In this document: positions 19,727-29,270 of the stretch, piece after piece | Numbering within the stretch: the stretch's first letter is position 1 | Layout of the letters: every line of letters starts with the position of its first letter | DNA from: Bacteroidales bacterium | Lineage (GTDB): Bacteria > Bacteroidota > Bacteroidia > Bacteroidales > UBA932 | Direction of reading: 5' to 3' | Assembly (NCBI GenBank): GCA_017550025.1 | Contig: JAFYLU010000072.1 | Span: 1,885 to 65,884, forward strand | Length of the DNA: 64,000 bases | The notes under the pieces: generated by a model | Told to the model about the DNA's origin: nothing | Seen by the model: the letters and a program-made list of their open reading frames with translations, nothing else | The model's database searches: none | Program-made: the position numbers and the translations under genes

Positions 19727-19753
19727 AGAGATTAAATGACTAATACAAGAACA

Positions 19754-20755
19754 ATGGAAAAGAAACTTAAAATTGCAGGCAATCCTATGCCGGACATGCC
19801 TTGGGAAGACCGTCCCGAGGGATGCAAGAATGTAATGTGGAGATATTCGGCAAATCCGGTTATTCCGCGTGATCTTCTTCCTGATTCAAACAGTATATTC
19901 AACTCGGCAATCGTTCCTTTCGAAGACGGATATGCAGGAGTATTCCGTGTAGATGACACCAACATCAGAATGACCCTCCATGCAGGTTTTTCAAAGGACG
20001 GAATCAACTGGGAACTTAACCCTGAAACAATCAAGTTCGAATGCGACATCCCTGAAGTGGGTGAATGGGTATACGGATATGACCCGCGCGTCTGCTGGAT
20101 CGAGGACAGATATTATGTGACATGGTGCAACGGCTACCACGGCCCTACCATCGGCATCGCATGGACAAAGGACTTCAAGACCTTCCATCAGCTTGAGAAC
20201 GCATTCCTTCCTTATAACAGAAACGGAGTCATGTTCCCTCGCAAGATCAACGGCCGCTATGCAATGCTTTCACGTCCGTCTGACACAGGCCACACTCCAT
20301 TCGGAGACATCTTCTATTCAGAATCACCTGACCTCGAATTCTGGGGACACCACCGCCACGTGATGGCACCGTCTGACTTCGAGAAGAGCGCATGGCAGTG
20401 CTGCAAGATCGGTGCAGGCCCTACTCCTATCGAGACTTCAGAGGGATGGCTCATGTTCTACCACGGTGTTCACCGCACATGCCAGGGATATAACTACTCA
20501 TTCGGAGCAGCCCTTCTCGACCTCGAGCAGCCTTGGAAGGTAATCGCGAGAACAGGCCCTTACCTCCTCCATCCGGAGACTCTCTACGAGTGCACAGGTG
20601 ATGTTCCTAATGTATGTTTCCCTTGCTCAGCACTCCATGATCCTGAAACAGGACGCATCACTGTCTACTACGGATGCGCTGACACAGTAGTTGGAGCATG
20701 CTTCGGATATATCGACGAAATCATCGATTTCATAAAGAAGACAAACATCGAATAA
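19754..20755 (+). CDS. GH130 beta-mannoside phosphorylase (beta-1,4-mannosyl-GlcNAc / mannooligosaccharide phosphorylase type)
   Basis: [83 protein letters not shown]; no signal peptide. Start MEKKLK preferred because 19736 is only 9 nt from the -7 box. Confidence 0.93.
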   Translation: MEKKLKIAGNPMPDMPWEDRPEGCKNVMWRYSANPVIPRDLLPDSNSIFNSAIVPFEDGYAGVFRVDDTNIRMTLHAGFSKDGINWELNPETIKFECDIPEVGEWVYGYDPRVCWIEDRYYVTWCNGYHGPTIGIAWTKDFKTFHQLENAFLPYNRNGVMFPRKINGRYAMLSRPSDTGHTPFGDIFYSESPDLEFWGHHRHVMAPSDFEKSAWQCCKIGAGPTPIETSEGWLMFYHGVHRTCQGYNYSFGAALLDLEQPWKVIARTGPYLLHPETLYECTGDVPNVCFPCSALHDPETGRITVYYGCADTVVGACFGYIDEIIDFIKKTNIE

Positions 20756-20762
20756 GCTTAAG

Positions 20763-23015
20763 ATGCATAGATTCAAAACACTTTTCGCCACCTTGGCCAT
20801 GACGCTTTGCATAACAGCGTCAGCCAAGGTGGTTGACTTTGTCAACCCTTTTGTTGGAACGACAAACTTCGGAACCACAAATCCAGGAGCCATCTGCCCT
20901 AACGGAATGATGTCCGTGACCCCTTTCAATGTGATGGGATCGGACCTTAATGTATACGACAAGGACAGCAGATGGTGGTCTACACCGTACTGCTATGAAA
21001 ACAAATTCTTTACGGGTTTCTCTCATGTCAACTTGAGTGGAGTCGGCTGTCCGGAACTCGGACTCGTGCTCACAATGCCTACTACAGGCGAAGTTCAGCC
21101 TGACCACCATATCTACGGAAGCGAATACACCGGAGAACATGCGGAACCAGGCTATTATACATGCGACCTTCTTTCATACGGAATCAAGGTGGAAGCCAGT
21201 GCTACTGCACGTACCTCTGCGGAAAGATACACCTTCCCTGCAGGACGCAGCAATATCCTTGTCAATCTCGGCGAGGGACTCACCAACGAGACAGGAGGAT
21301 GGCTCCGCAGAAAGAGCGAGACAGAAATCGAAGGTATGAGACTCGCGGGTACATTCTGCTACAACCCGCAGGCTGTCTTCCCTATGTACTTCGCCATCCG
21401 CATCAGCAAGACTCCGTCACAGGCAGGATTCTGGAAGAAGCAGCCGGCAATGAAGGGAGTTGAGGCTGAATGGACCCCTGACAACGGAAAATACAAGATC
21501 TACACCAAATACGGCCGCGAGATTGCCGGAGACCAGATCGGCTATTTCTTCAGTTTCGAGACTGCTGAAGGCGAGCAGGTGGAGCTTCAGATGGGCGTGT
21601 CTTTCGTAAGCTGCGAAAACGCATGGGAGAATCTCGATGCGGAGCAGGAAGGATTCGCTTTCGACAACGTGCGTGAAGCGGCTTCTGCAAGCTGGGAGTC
21701 AGATCTTTCACGTATTCTCGTCGAGGGCGGCACAGATAAGGACAAGGAAGTGTTCTACACTGCATTGTACCACGCCCTCATCCATCCTAACATCGTCAAT
21801 GACGTGAACGGAGAATACCCTCTTATGGAGAACAGCGGCGTCGGCCGTGTACCGGAAGGGGAAAACAGATATACAGTATTCTCATTGTGGGACACATACC
21901 GCAATGTTCACCAGCTCATGTCTCTCGTATATCCGGAGAAGCAGGTGGACATGGTACGTTCTATGATCGGCATGTACAAGGAATGGGGCTGGATGCCTAA
22001 ATGGGAGCTTTACGGACGCGAGACATTCACAATGGAGGGAGACCCTGCAATCCCTGTCATCACAGACACATGGCTCAAGGGTATCCGCAACTTCGACATC
22101 GACACAGCATATGAGGCTTTTGTCAAGTCAGCAGATACTCCTGGCGCACAGAATCTCATGAGACCGGACGTAGATCCGTACATCGAAAGAGGATATGTTC
22201 CTCTCGGATACTATGCAGCCGACCTTTCAGGTGACAACTCGGTTTCTCATGCACTCGAATATTACATCGCAGACTATGCCCTCTCACTCCTTGCGACAGA
22301 CCTCGGCAAGGGAGAGGATGCACAGAAGTACTACCAGCGTTCGCTCGGCTACAAGAACTATTACAGCCAGGAATCCGGCACGCTCCGTCCTGTGACAATG
22401 GAAGGAAAGTTCCTTGAGCCGTTCGACCCTAAGCAGGGTGAGAACTTCGAGCCTGTACCTGGTTTCCACGAAGGAAGCGCATGGAACTACACATTCTTCG
22501 TTCCGCACGATGTATACGGACTTGCCAAGCTCATGGGAGGCAACAAGGCATTCGTGAAGAAGCTTCAGAGAGTGTTCGACGAAGGACTCTATGACCCTGC
22601 AAACGAGCCTGACATAGCATATCCTTATCTTTTCAGCTATTTCAAGGGCGAAGAGTGGAGAACACAGGAAATGGTTGCAAAGCTGCTTGACAAGCACTTC
22701 ACCACCCTTCCTGACGGAATCCCTGGAAATGACGACACAGGAACAATGTCGGCATGGGCAGTCTTTTCGATGATGGGATTCTATCCTGACTGCCCTGGCA
22801 ATCCGTCATACACGCTCACTGTTCCGAGATTCGACAGCGTGACGATCACACTCAATCCGGAACTCTGCGGCGGAAAGGACAAGCTTGTCATCACCACTGA
22901 AGGAAGCGGAAAACGCATCAAGGGAATGAGACTCGGTGGCAAGTCATATGGCAAGTATCGCATAAGCCATAAGGACCTCACAGAGGCAGGAACCCTCAAA
23001 ATCACAAAGAAATGA
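20763..23015 (+). CDS. GH92 alpha-mannosidase
   Basis: Signal peptide; VNPFVGT, FSHVNLSGVGC, FSLWDTYR, HEGSAWNY, NEPD, PGNDDTGTMSAW. Confidence 0.92.
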   Translation: MHRFKTLFATLAMTLCITASAKVVDFVNPFVGTTNFGTTNPGAICPNGMMSVTPFNVMGSDLNVYDKDSRWWSTPYCYENKFFTGFSHVNLSGVGCPELGLVLTMPTTGEVQPDHHIYGSEYTGEHAEPGYYTCDLLSYGIKVEASATARTSAERYTFPAGRSNILVNLGEGLTNETGGWLRRKSETEIEGMRLAGTFCYNPQAVFPMYFAIRISKTPSQAGFWKKQPAMKGVEAEWTPDNGKYKIYTKYGREIAGDQIGYFFSFETAEGEQVELQMGVSFVSCENAWENLDAEQEGFAFDNVREAASASWESDLSRILVEGGTDKDKEVFYTALYHALIHPNIVNDVNGEYPLMENSGVGRVPEGENRYTVFSLWDTYRNVHQLMSLVYPEKQVDMVRSMIGMYKEWGWMPKWELYGRETFTMEGDPAIPVITDTWLKGIRNFDIDTAYEAFVKSADTPGAQNLMRPDVDPYIERGYVPLGYYAADLSGDNSVSHALEYYIADYALSLLATDLGKGEDAQKYYQRSLGYKNYYSQESGTLRPVTMEGKFLEPFDPKQGENFEPVPGFHEGSAWNYTFFVPHDVYGLAKLMGGNKAFVKKLQRVFDEGLYDPANEPDIAYPYLFSYFKGEEWRTQEMVAKLLDKHFTTLPDGIPGNDDTGTMSAWAVFSMMGFYPDCPGNPSYTLTVPRFDSVTITLNPELCGGKDKLVITTEGSGKRIKGMRLGGKSYGKYRISHKDLTEAGTLKITKK

Positions 23016-24631
23016 GACTGACAGTCAGACTTCTGGCGATAGCTGCAGCCGTCTTCTTTTCCTCATGCGAGGAAAAGGAGGCGGTACAGCCTGGTGCAGG
23101 CATCACATCCTTCAGCTTCCTGAAGGAGAATAATCCGTCGTTGACGGAAGATGTCACATGTACCGTAAACGAAGACGGCACTATTACCGGAACCTTCAAC
23201 GACAGACTCTCTGACTATTTCCTGAAGGCGAGCTTCGAACTTGACGCAGAGTATGCTTCAGTCAATGGAGCCGTACAGCAGAGCGGAGTGAGCAAGAACA
23301 ACTACGCGAAGGAAGTAGTTTATGAAGTAAAGCTCAAGGACGGCACTTTCAAGACACAGACAGTGAGGATGAAGTGCAAACCGGCTCCGCAGGTCCCTGT
23401 AATCAGGATTACTACGGAAAACGGAGCGCCCGTCGTTGACAAGAAGAACTATATAAAGGGAACTGTAGTCATCGAGGATCCGGCAGGAATGTATTGGGAC
23501 ACTCCGAGACTCGAGCTCAAGATGACGAAGGACGGAATCCGCGGACGAGGCAATTCGACATGGGACATGCCGAAGAAGCCTTACAAGATGAAGTTCGACA
23601 GCAAGGTCAGCATCTTCGGACTGGGAGAGGACAAGGAATGGGTCATCCTCGCCAACTATGCGGACAAGACTCTGTTGCGCAATGTCGTGGCGATGAAGCT
23701 GTCTGAAATAGTGGGCATGCCTTGGACTCCGGCTATGCTTCCGGTGGAGGTATATCTGAACGGCAGCTATCTCGGATGCTACACATTCTCCGAGCATAAG
23801 AAGGTATCGGAGCACAGGGTGGATCTTGACATTGTCGGAGAATCTGACAACTCTGGAGACGCCGTGACAGGAGACTACTATATGGAGATCGAGCAGAATC
23901 AGGACGAGACAACATGCTTCTACACACAGGTATGCGGTATTCCGATGATGTTCAGTGACCCGGAAGTTCCTACTGATGCACAGCTTCAGTATGTGAAGGA
24001 ATACTTCAGACAGGCCGAGACAGCATTAAGAAGCAGTAATTTCACAGACCCTGACACAGGCTGGCAGAAATATATCGACATCGAGACTTTCGCAAAGGCT
24101 TATCTCGTAAATGAGCTGACGAAGAACATCGACGGCAACATGAGGAAGAGCTCGTTCATCACCAAAAAGAAGAACGAAAAGCTTCAGATGTATCATCTGT
24201 GGGACTACGACCTCGCTCTCGGAAACTGCAACTATCTGGACGACGAGTTCGGAGCGTCTGACGGTCCGGAAGGATGGTTCATCAAGGATTACACATGGGC
24301 AAGATATTCTCCTCTGGGATATCATCACCAGTGGTTCACTATCCTTACAAAGGACCCTGCATTCTGCGCCAAGGTAAAGGAGCTCTGGAACACTCATTAC
24401 GACGAGCTGAAGAACATTCCGGGCTTCATCGACCAGATGGCAACATACATGAAGGATGCCCAGAAGAGGAACTTCGAGAAGTGGAACATCCTCAACACTC
24501 ATGTATGGCCGAATGTAGTGGTTACGGGAAGCTATCAGGGAGAGATCGACTACCTCAAGAGTTTCTACAGCTCCCGTTTCAACTGGCTTGACGGCAGGAT
24601 CAATGTGCCTCAGGGCGAGACATTCAAGTAA
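23012..24631 (+). CDS. CotH-kinase family lipoprotein
   Basis: Lipobox FSSC; RGRGNSTWDMPKKPYKMKF, WVILANYADKTLLRN, EVYLNGSYLGCY, NIDG, LWDYDLALGN, RFNWLD; ATGA overlap with upstream GH92. Confidence 0.9.
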   Translation: MRLTVRLLAIAAAVFFSSCEEKEAVQPGAGITSFSFLKENNPSLTEDVTCTVNEDGTITGTFNDRLSDYFLKASFELDAEYASVNGAVQQSGVSKNNYAKEVVYEVKLKDGTFKTQTVRMKCKPAPQVPVIRITTENGAPVVDKKNYIKGTVVIEDPAGMYWDTPRLELKMTKDGIRGRGNSTWDMPKKPYKMKFDSKVSIFGLGEDKEWVILANYADKTLLRNVVAMKLSEIVGMPWTPAMLPVEVYLNGSYLGCYTFSEHKKVSEHRVDLDIVGESDNSGDAVTGDYYMEIEQNQDETTCFYTQVCGIPMMFSDPEVPTDAQLQYVKEYFRQAETALRSSNFTDPDTGWQKYIDIETFAKAYLVNELTKNIDGNMRKSSFITKKKNEKLQMYHLWDYDLALGNCNYLDDEFGASDGPEGWFIKDYTWARYSPLGYHHQWFTILTKDPAFCAKVKELWNTHYDELKNIPGFIDQMATYMKDAQKRNFEKWNILNTHVWPNVVVTGSYQGEIDYLKSFYSSRFNWLDGRINVPQGETFK

Positions 24632-24659
24632 AAGCAATAATCATAAAAAAACAGATATC

Positions 24660-25637
24660 ATGTATCCATTAAAATTCAAGACAATCTTCAAGTCAGTCGT
24701 ATGGGGCGGCGAGAAGATAGCTCCTTTCAAGGGAGTGGAGACAGACCAGCACAACATCGGAGAGAGCTGGGAGCTTTCAGGCGTAAAGGGCAATGAGTCC
24801 GTAGTTGCTGAAGGTGCTCTTGCGGGCAAGACCATCACAGAGCTTGCAGAGGAATACAAGGGACAGCTTCTCGGTGAGAAGGTATATGCAAAGAACGGCA
24901 CCGAGTTCCCTCTTCTCATCAAGTTCATCGACGCACGTGACGACCTTTCGATCCAGGTTCATCCTGATGATGCACTTGCAGGCGAAAGACACAACGGCTC
25001 GAAGGGCAAGACCGAAATGTGGTATGTAGTGCAGGCTGACGAGAAGGCTCACCTCATGTCGGGTCTCACAAAGCATATCACTCCAGAGGAGTATGCTGCT
25101 AAAGTTGAGGACAACACAATCACAGAAGTCCTTCATGACTATAATGTACAGGCAGGAGATGTATTCTTCCTCCCTGCAGGACGTATCCACAGCATCGGAA
25201 CAGGCTGCTTCATCGCAGAGATCCAGCAGACATCCGACATCACCTACCGTATCTATGACTTCGGACGAGTAGGCCTCGACGGAAAGCCACGCGAACTCCA
25301 CACAGAGCTCTCAAAGGCAGCCATCGACTACACCGTTCTCGAGGACTACAAGACAGCATATGAGGACGTGAAGAATGCGGAAAACGAGATCGTTTCATGT
25401 GAGTATTTCACTACATCGATCTACGATCTCACAGAGCCTGTCAAGGCACCTGTCAAGGCCAATGATTCATTCCTCATCGTCATCTGCGTCAAAGGAAACG
25501 GTTCCCTTACAGATGCAGAAGGCAATACAGTAAGCCTCCGTCAGGGCGAGACCGTGCTGATTCCGGCATGCACAGAGTCAGTGACATTCACTCCTTCAGC
25601 TGAAGGCATGAACCTGATAACCAGTTACATCAGATAA
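24660..25637 (+). CDS. manA: Mannose-6-phosphate isomerase, class I
   Basis: VWGG, IGESWELS, FPLLIKFIDA, LSIQVHPDD, GKTEMWY, PAGRIHS, EIQQTSDITYRIYDFGR, RELH. Start MYPLKF (24660). Confidence 0.95.
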   Translation: MYPLKFKTIFKSVVWGGEKIAPFKGVETDQHNIGESWELSGVKGNESVVAEGALAGKTITELAEEYKGQLLGEKVYAKNGTEFPLLIKFIDARDDLSIQVHPDDALAGERHNGSKGKTEMWYVVQADEKAHLMSGLTKHITPEEYAAKVEDNTITEVLHDYNVQAGDVFFLPAGRIHSIGTGCFIAEIQQTSDITYRIYDFGRVGLDGKPRELHTELSKAAIDYTVLEDYKTAYEDVKNAENEIVSCEYFTTSIYDLTEPVKAPVKANDSFLIVICVKGNGSLTDAEGNTVSLRQGETVLIPACTESVTFTPSAEGMNLITSYIR

Positions 25638-25716
25638 TCTCTGATCGGCTTATACCTTATATTCCGATACCGTTCTGCGAAAAACAGGGCAACCCTTGCA
25701 GGACGGTACAATTCAC

Positions 25717-25815
25717 ATCAAATCGGCAGCTGATGTAGATGACATGCCACCCCCGGCCAGGGGGTGCTCGCCCGAAGGAAGAGCGGGGGTCATCGGAATC
25801 AGCTGCCGATTTGAT
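25717..25815. repeat. 99-nt structured intergenic element, copy 1
   Basis: Perfect 18-bp inverted repeat ATCAAATCGGCAGCTGAT (25717-34 / 25798-815) enclosing the core GACATGCCACCCCCGGCCAGGGGGTGC...GCGGGGGTC, identical to the core at 59743-59792. Confidence 0.9.
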
Positions 25816-25827
25816 TGTAATGTCATT

Positions 25828-28059
25828 CTAATGGAAGAAGTCTCCCGATGAGAATCTGCGGCGTTCTCCGTCCGGCATTATCCATCCGGCCTCCAGAATA
25901 CCTCCGCTATGATCGAAATATCTTGCCTCAACCTCATGAAGACCCTTCTTCAGAGCTGCCTGGCCGCTTCTTTCCACTCTGGAATGTGGTCCGTCACTAT
26001 CTACCACCATCTGACCGTCGACCCTGATATATGACCCGTCATCGGAATATGTATAGAAAGAATATATGCCGTCTTCAGGTATATTTATATAACCTGTGAA
26101 TATAAGGCCGATATTGCCCTTCACTTGTTCAGGAATATATATTCCTTCCGTAATATAGGATGAGTTGAAAGCTGCGGTCTCTATGCTGTCACAGAGTTCT
26201 CCCCTGTATTCATACCAGTCCGCCTTGAGTCCGGCGTCCAGAGAATCGTCAGCTGTCTGAACGGAATCAATGTATTCTGCAGGACAATAGCACGCACGAT
26301 AAATATCTCCGGGCATGCCCGCTGAAGTATAAGACCTGAAGTGAAGTACACATTCTTCAGTCACCGTAAGCGGGCCTTCATATATGGGAGAATCAGAATG
26401 CGGTACAGAACCGTCTGATGTATATCTCACAAGCAGGTCGGCAAAAGGCTTGACCACCTCGACCTCAACCGAATCTATGAAGACATTCCTGTCGCAGAAG
26501 CCTGAAATATCCGGTATGCGGTAATTCAATCCCTGATCATCAAAATCGCGGATATGCTTCATGACGCGGGACTCAAAATCCGTGAAGTCCTTATGTTCAG
26601 GCTGCGACCATGCGTTCTCGCTCACGGCGAAAAGGCGCGGGAAAATCCTTCCGGATGCATTTGCAAAGGACGGGCACAATTCAGTCCAAAGATGGGCCTG
26701 GATTCCAAGAACCCTGTCCTGATATGCCTCCAGTCCGTCCATTACAGGGTCCCAACAGTAGACTTTTGCAAGAGAGTTCCTGTTCTGGTCACCGGAAAGA
26801 TAAAGATATTCCGAAGAACTGATTATCAGATCATGTCCGGCTTCTGCTGCGGCATTCCGGGTATCCGGTCTCCAGCCTCTCCACCACATCACGACCGCAT
26901 CTTCGGGAGCATCTCCTGACACGATCTCATCCCATCCGATCATGACCTTACCGTTTTCAGAGAAGAAATCATGCATCTCCGATACAAACCATCCCTGAAG
27001 GGCAGTCTCATCCTCAAGACCGAGATTCCTGATTCTTGCCTGGCATTTCGGGCAATTCTTCCAATGAAGCTGCTCGACCTCGTCTGCTCCGATATGCACA
27101 TACTTGTATGGGAAGAGCTCAAATACTTCCTTGTAAACATTCTTGGCAAATGTCAGGAGACCGTCATTACCCGGACATAGGGGCACAGAGAAATTATTTC
27201 CCCATTTTGCGACACCGCCGCAGCTCAATTCCGGGAAGGATTCCACGACCTTCAGAGAATGACCGGGCATATCTATCTCCGGAATGACTTCGATGCCCAG
27301 AGAAGCTGCAAAACCCACTATTTCGCGGATTTCATCCTGCGTATAATAACCGCCATATCCTTTGTCTGTGATCTTTGACGGATCCAGAACAAAGCTTGGA
27401 TCATCCGTATTCAAGGCAATATCTGCGCATCTTACGTCATGGCCGTGCCTGTTATGGTCTCTCCACGCTCCCTGCTCTGTCAGCTGCGGATATGCCTTGA
27501 TCTCTATTCTCCATCCCTGGTCGTCGGTGAGATGCCAATGGAATCGGTTGAACTTGTATTGAGCCATTTTCAGAAGTATGGTCTTCACCTCATCCACCGA
27601 GAAGAAGTGACGGGAGACATCAAGCATGAAGCCACGCCATTCAAACCGTGGCGAATCACATATGCGGGAAACCGGAATCTTTCCGTCCGAAATCATCTGA
27701 CACAATGTAGCGAAAGCATATACTGCCCCCGGATATGAACCCGTACTTATGAGGATCTTGTTTTTCCTGACATCCAGAACATAATCACCATCATTCAGGC
27801 ATTGATCGTAAGATATGACCATATCGCCGTGATCCCTGACCTGCAGACGGGCAGAAGGAAGGGATGCACCGACAAAATCCTCAAGCGCGAGATACGAAGA
27901 ATCCGGGCAGGCTATCACCGGGTCTGATGGAAGCATATGGTATCCGTTGCCCATTTCAACATGTTCCGGCATCGGAATAAGGGCTGGCATATCGGTACGG
28001 GCACACGAAGAGAATGCAAGGACCGACAGAACTATAATAAGGCGGTAGAGCTTTTCCAT
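25828..28059 (-). CDS. GH20 beta-N-acetylhexosaminidase with Fn3-associated and PA14 domains
   Basis: WRGFMLDVSRHFF, FHWHLTDDQGWR, IPEIDMPGH, HIGADEV (catalytic DE), GWDEI; RYTSDGSVP; FYTYSDDGS (PA14). Start MEKLYR (28059) with lipobox FSSC. Confidence 0.93.
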   Translation of the reverse strand: MEKLYRLIIVLSVLAFSSCARTDMPALIPMPEHVEMGNGYHMLPSDPVIACPDSSYLALEDFVGASLPSARLQVRDHGDMVISYDQCLNDGDYVLDVRKNKILISTGSYPGAVYAFATLCQMISDGKIPVSRICDSPRFEWRGFMLDVSRHFFSVDEVKTILLKMAQYKFNRFHWHLTDDQGWRIEIKAYPQLTEQGAWRDHNRHGHDVRCADIALNTDDPSFVLDPSKITDKGYGGYYTQDEIREIVGFAASLGIEVIPEIDMPGHSLKVVESFPELSCGGVAKWGNNFSVPLCPGNDGLLTFAKNVYKEVFELFPYKYVHIGADEVEQLHWKNCPKCQARIRNLGLEDETALQGWFVSEMHDFFSENGKVMIGWDEIVSGDAPEDAVVMWWRGWRPDTRNAAAEAGHDLIISSSEYLYLSGDQNRNSLAKVYCWDPVMDGLEAYQDRVLGIQAHLWTELCPSFANASGRIFPRLFAVSENAWSQPEHKDFTDFESRVMKHIRDFDDQGLNYRIPDISGFCDRNVFIDSVEVEVVKPFADLLVRYTSDGSVPHSDSPIYEGPLTVTEECVLHFRSYTSAGMPGDIYRACYCPAEYIDSVQTADDSLDAGLKADWYEYRGELCDSIETAAFNSSYITEGIYIPEQVKGNIGLIFTGYINIPEDGIYSFYTYSDDGSYIRVDGQMVVDSDGPHSRVERSGQAALKKGLHEVEARYFDHSGGILEAGWIMPDGERRRFSSGDFFH

Positions 28060-28066
28060 AGGAATA

Positions 28067-29086
28067 TTATTGCATATTGACAACTTCCGCATCCAAGGTG
28101 ATGAGCTGGTCTGCTGTCTTTTCTTCATTTTCCATCAGATTGCAAAGACGTGCCAACGCCTCGCCACATATCCTTTCGATAGGCTGACGGATATGAGGAA
28201 TCTGAGGTTCGAACATGTCATATACATCGGAGTTGTCAAAACCGACCAGATGTATGTCCTGTTGCATCCTTATTCCCATTGAGAAGAGTTTCTTTATCGC
28301 AGCAATCGCCAGCGAGTTTGTTGCAAATACCAGCCCCTCCACACCACGCGCGATCAGACCCGGAACCATCTGTTCCGTCGCATCGGATACTTCCTCGAAC
28401 GGGATTCTATGTATCCTTATATCATCAGGACAAACGCCCAATTCCAGCATCCTGTCCCTGAAACCGGCTTCGCGGTCAGATATGCTGGATACTCTCATGG
28501 TATATGAAAGCATCTCTATTTTTCTTAAACCCTTGCCCGCGAGAATCTCTACAGCCTTCTTAATCGCCGCCCTATTGTCCAGGACCACCTTTGGCACTGC
28601 AACATCCACATCCTTTCTGTCCATGATGACCAAAGGGATGTTAAGGTTCCGTATATGCCTGAGAGTGCCCTCCGAACCTTCACATGGCACCACAATGAAG
28701 CCCTCGACTCCTTTGTCTATAAAGGAACGGACTACCCTGTCAAGCTTCTCGGCACATTCGTCAGTACTTCCGAAAAGCATGGTATAGCCCTTGCGGAAGG
28801 CTTTTTCCTCCAGCTGCTTGGCTATTTCTCCGTAAAACACATTGGAAATGTCTGAAAGAACAGCCCCGATAACCCTCGACTTTCCGCTGCGCAGGATTCT
28901 GGCAGCGGCATTCGGCTGATAGTTGAGCCTGCGGGCAACCTCAAGTATCCTGTCCCTTGTGGTCTGATTTACACGATACTTCTGCTTTCCGTCCTCACCG
29001 ATGCGGTTATTCATGACGAATGACACCAAGGCAATGGAAACGCCGGCCTCCGCAGCAATATCCTTTATAGTTACATTCTTCGGCAT
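28067..29086 (-). CDS. LacI-family transcriptional regulator
   Basis: N-terminal HTH VTIKDIAAEAGVSIALVSFVMN, LNYQPNAAAR, sugar-binding domain ending LVGFDN. Confidence 0.95.
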   Translation of the reverse strand: MPKNVTIKDIAAEAGVSIALVSFVMNNRIGEDGKQKYRVNQTTRDRILEVARRLNYQPNAAARILRSGKSRVIGAVLSDISNVFYGEIAKQLEEKAFRKGYTMLFGSTDECAEKLDRVVRSFIDKGVEGFIVVPCEGSEGTLRHIRNLNIPLVIMDRKDVDVAVPKVVLDNRAAIKKAVEILAGKGLRKIEMLSYTMRVSSISDREAGFRDRMLELGVCPDDIRIHRIPFEEVSDATEQMVPGLIARGVEGLVFATNSLAIAAIKKLFSMGIRMQQDIHLVGFDNSDVYDMFEPQIPHIRQPIERICGEALARLCNLMENEEKTADQLITLDAEVVNMQ

Positions 29087-29114
29087 AATATATAGGTCAG
29101 AATAGGTATGAATG

Positions 29115-29122
29115 CAAAGGTA
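29115..29122 (-). promoter_or_regulatory. -7 promoter box for lacI-GH20
   Basis: TACCTTTG on the minus strand, 28 nt before the ATG at 29086. Confidence 0.7.
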
Positions 29123-29153
29123 ACAAATTGAAAATTAAAAAGAAAGGATTTTT

Positions 29154-29168
29154 GCTAAAACCTTTTAT
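29154..29168. promoter_or_regulatory. Candidate LacI operator (autoregulatory)
   Basis: GCTAAAACCTTTTAT, near-palindrome of CTAAAACGTTTTAG type; similar site at 38102-38116. Confidence 0.5.
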
Positions 29169-29206
29169 CATGTAAGTACCCAAAAGATTCACCGAGCACT
29201 TCACAC

Positions 29207-29235
29207 AAAAAAAGGACGGAGCCGAAGCTCCGCCC
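29207..29235 (-). terminator. Intrinsic terminator ending SusC/D cassette B
   Basis: Minus strand GGGCGGAGC-TTCG-GCTCCGTCC-TTTTTTT (UUCG tetraloop, 7 U). Confidence 0.92.
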
Positions 29236-29270
29236 TCCTCTTCATTGTATGATTACTTTGGGCTCACGCC

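Noticed and set aside
24588-28128. Extended ORF starts (24588 manA, 28128 GH20; likewise 1493, 13257, 16124, 19736, 52315)
   Set aside because: They overlap neighbouring genes or promoter boxes, or precede the signal peptide; downstream ATGs fit better.
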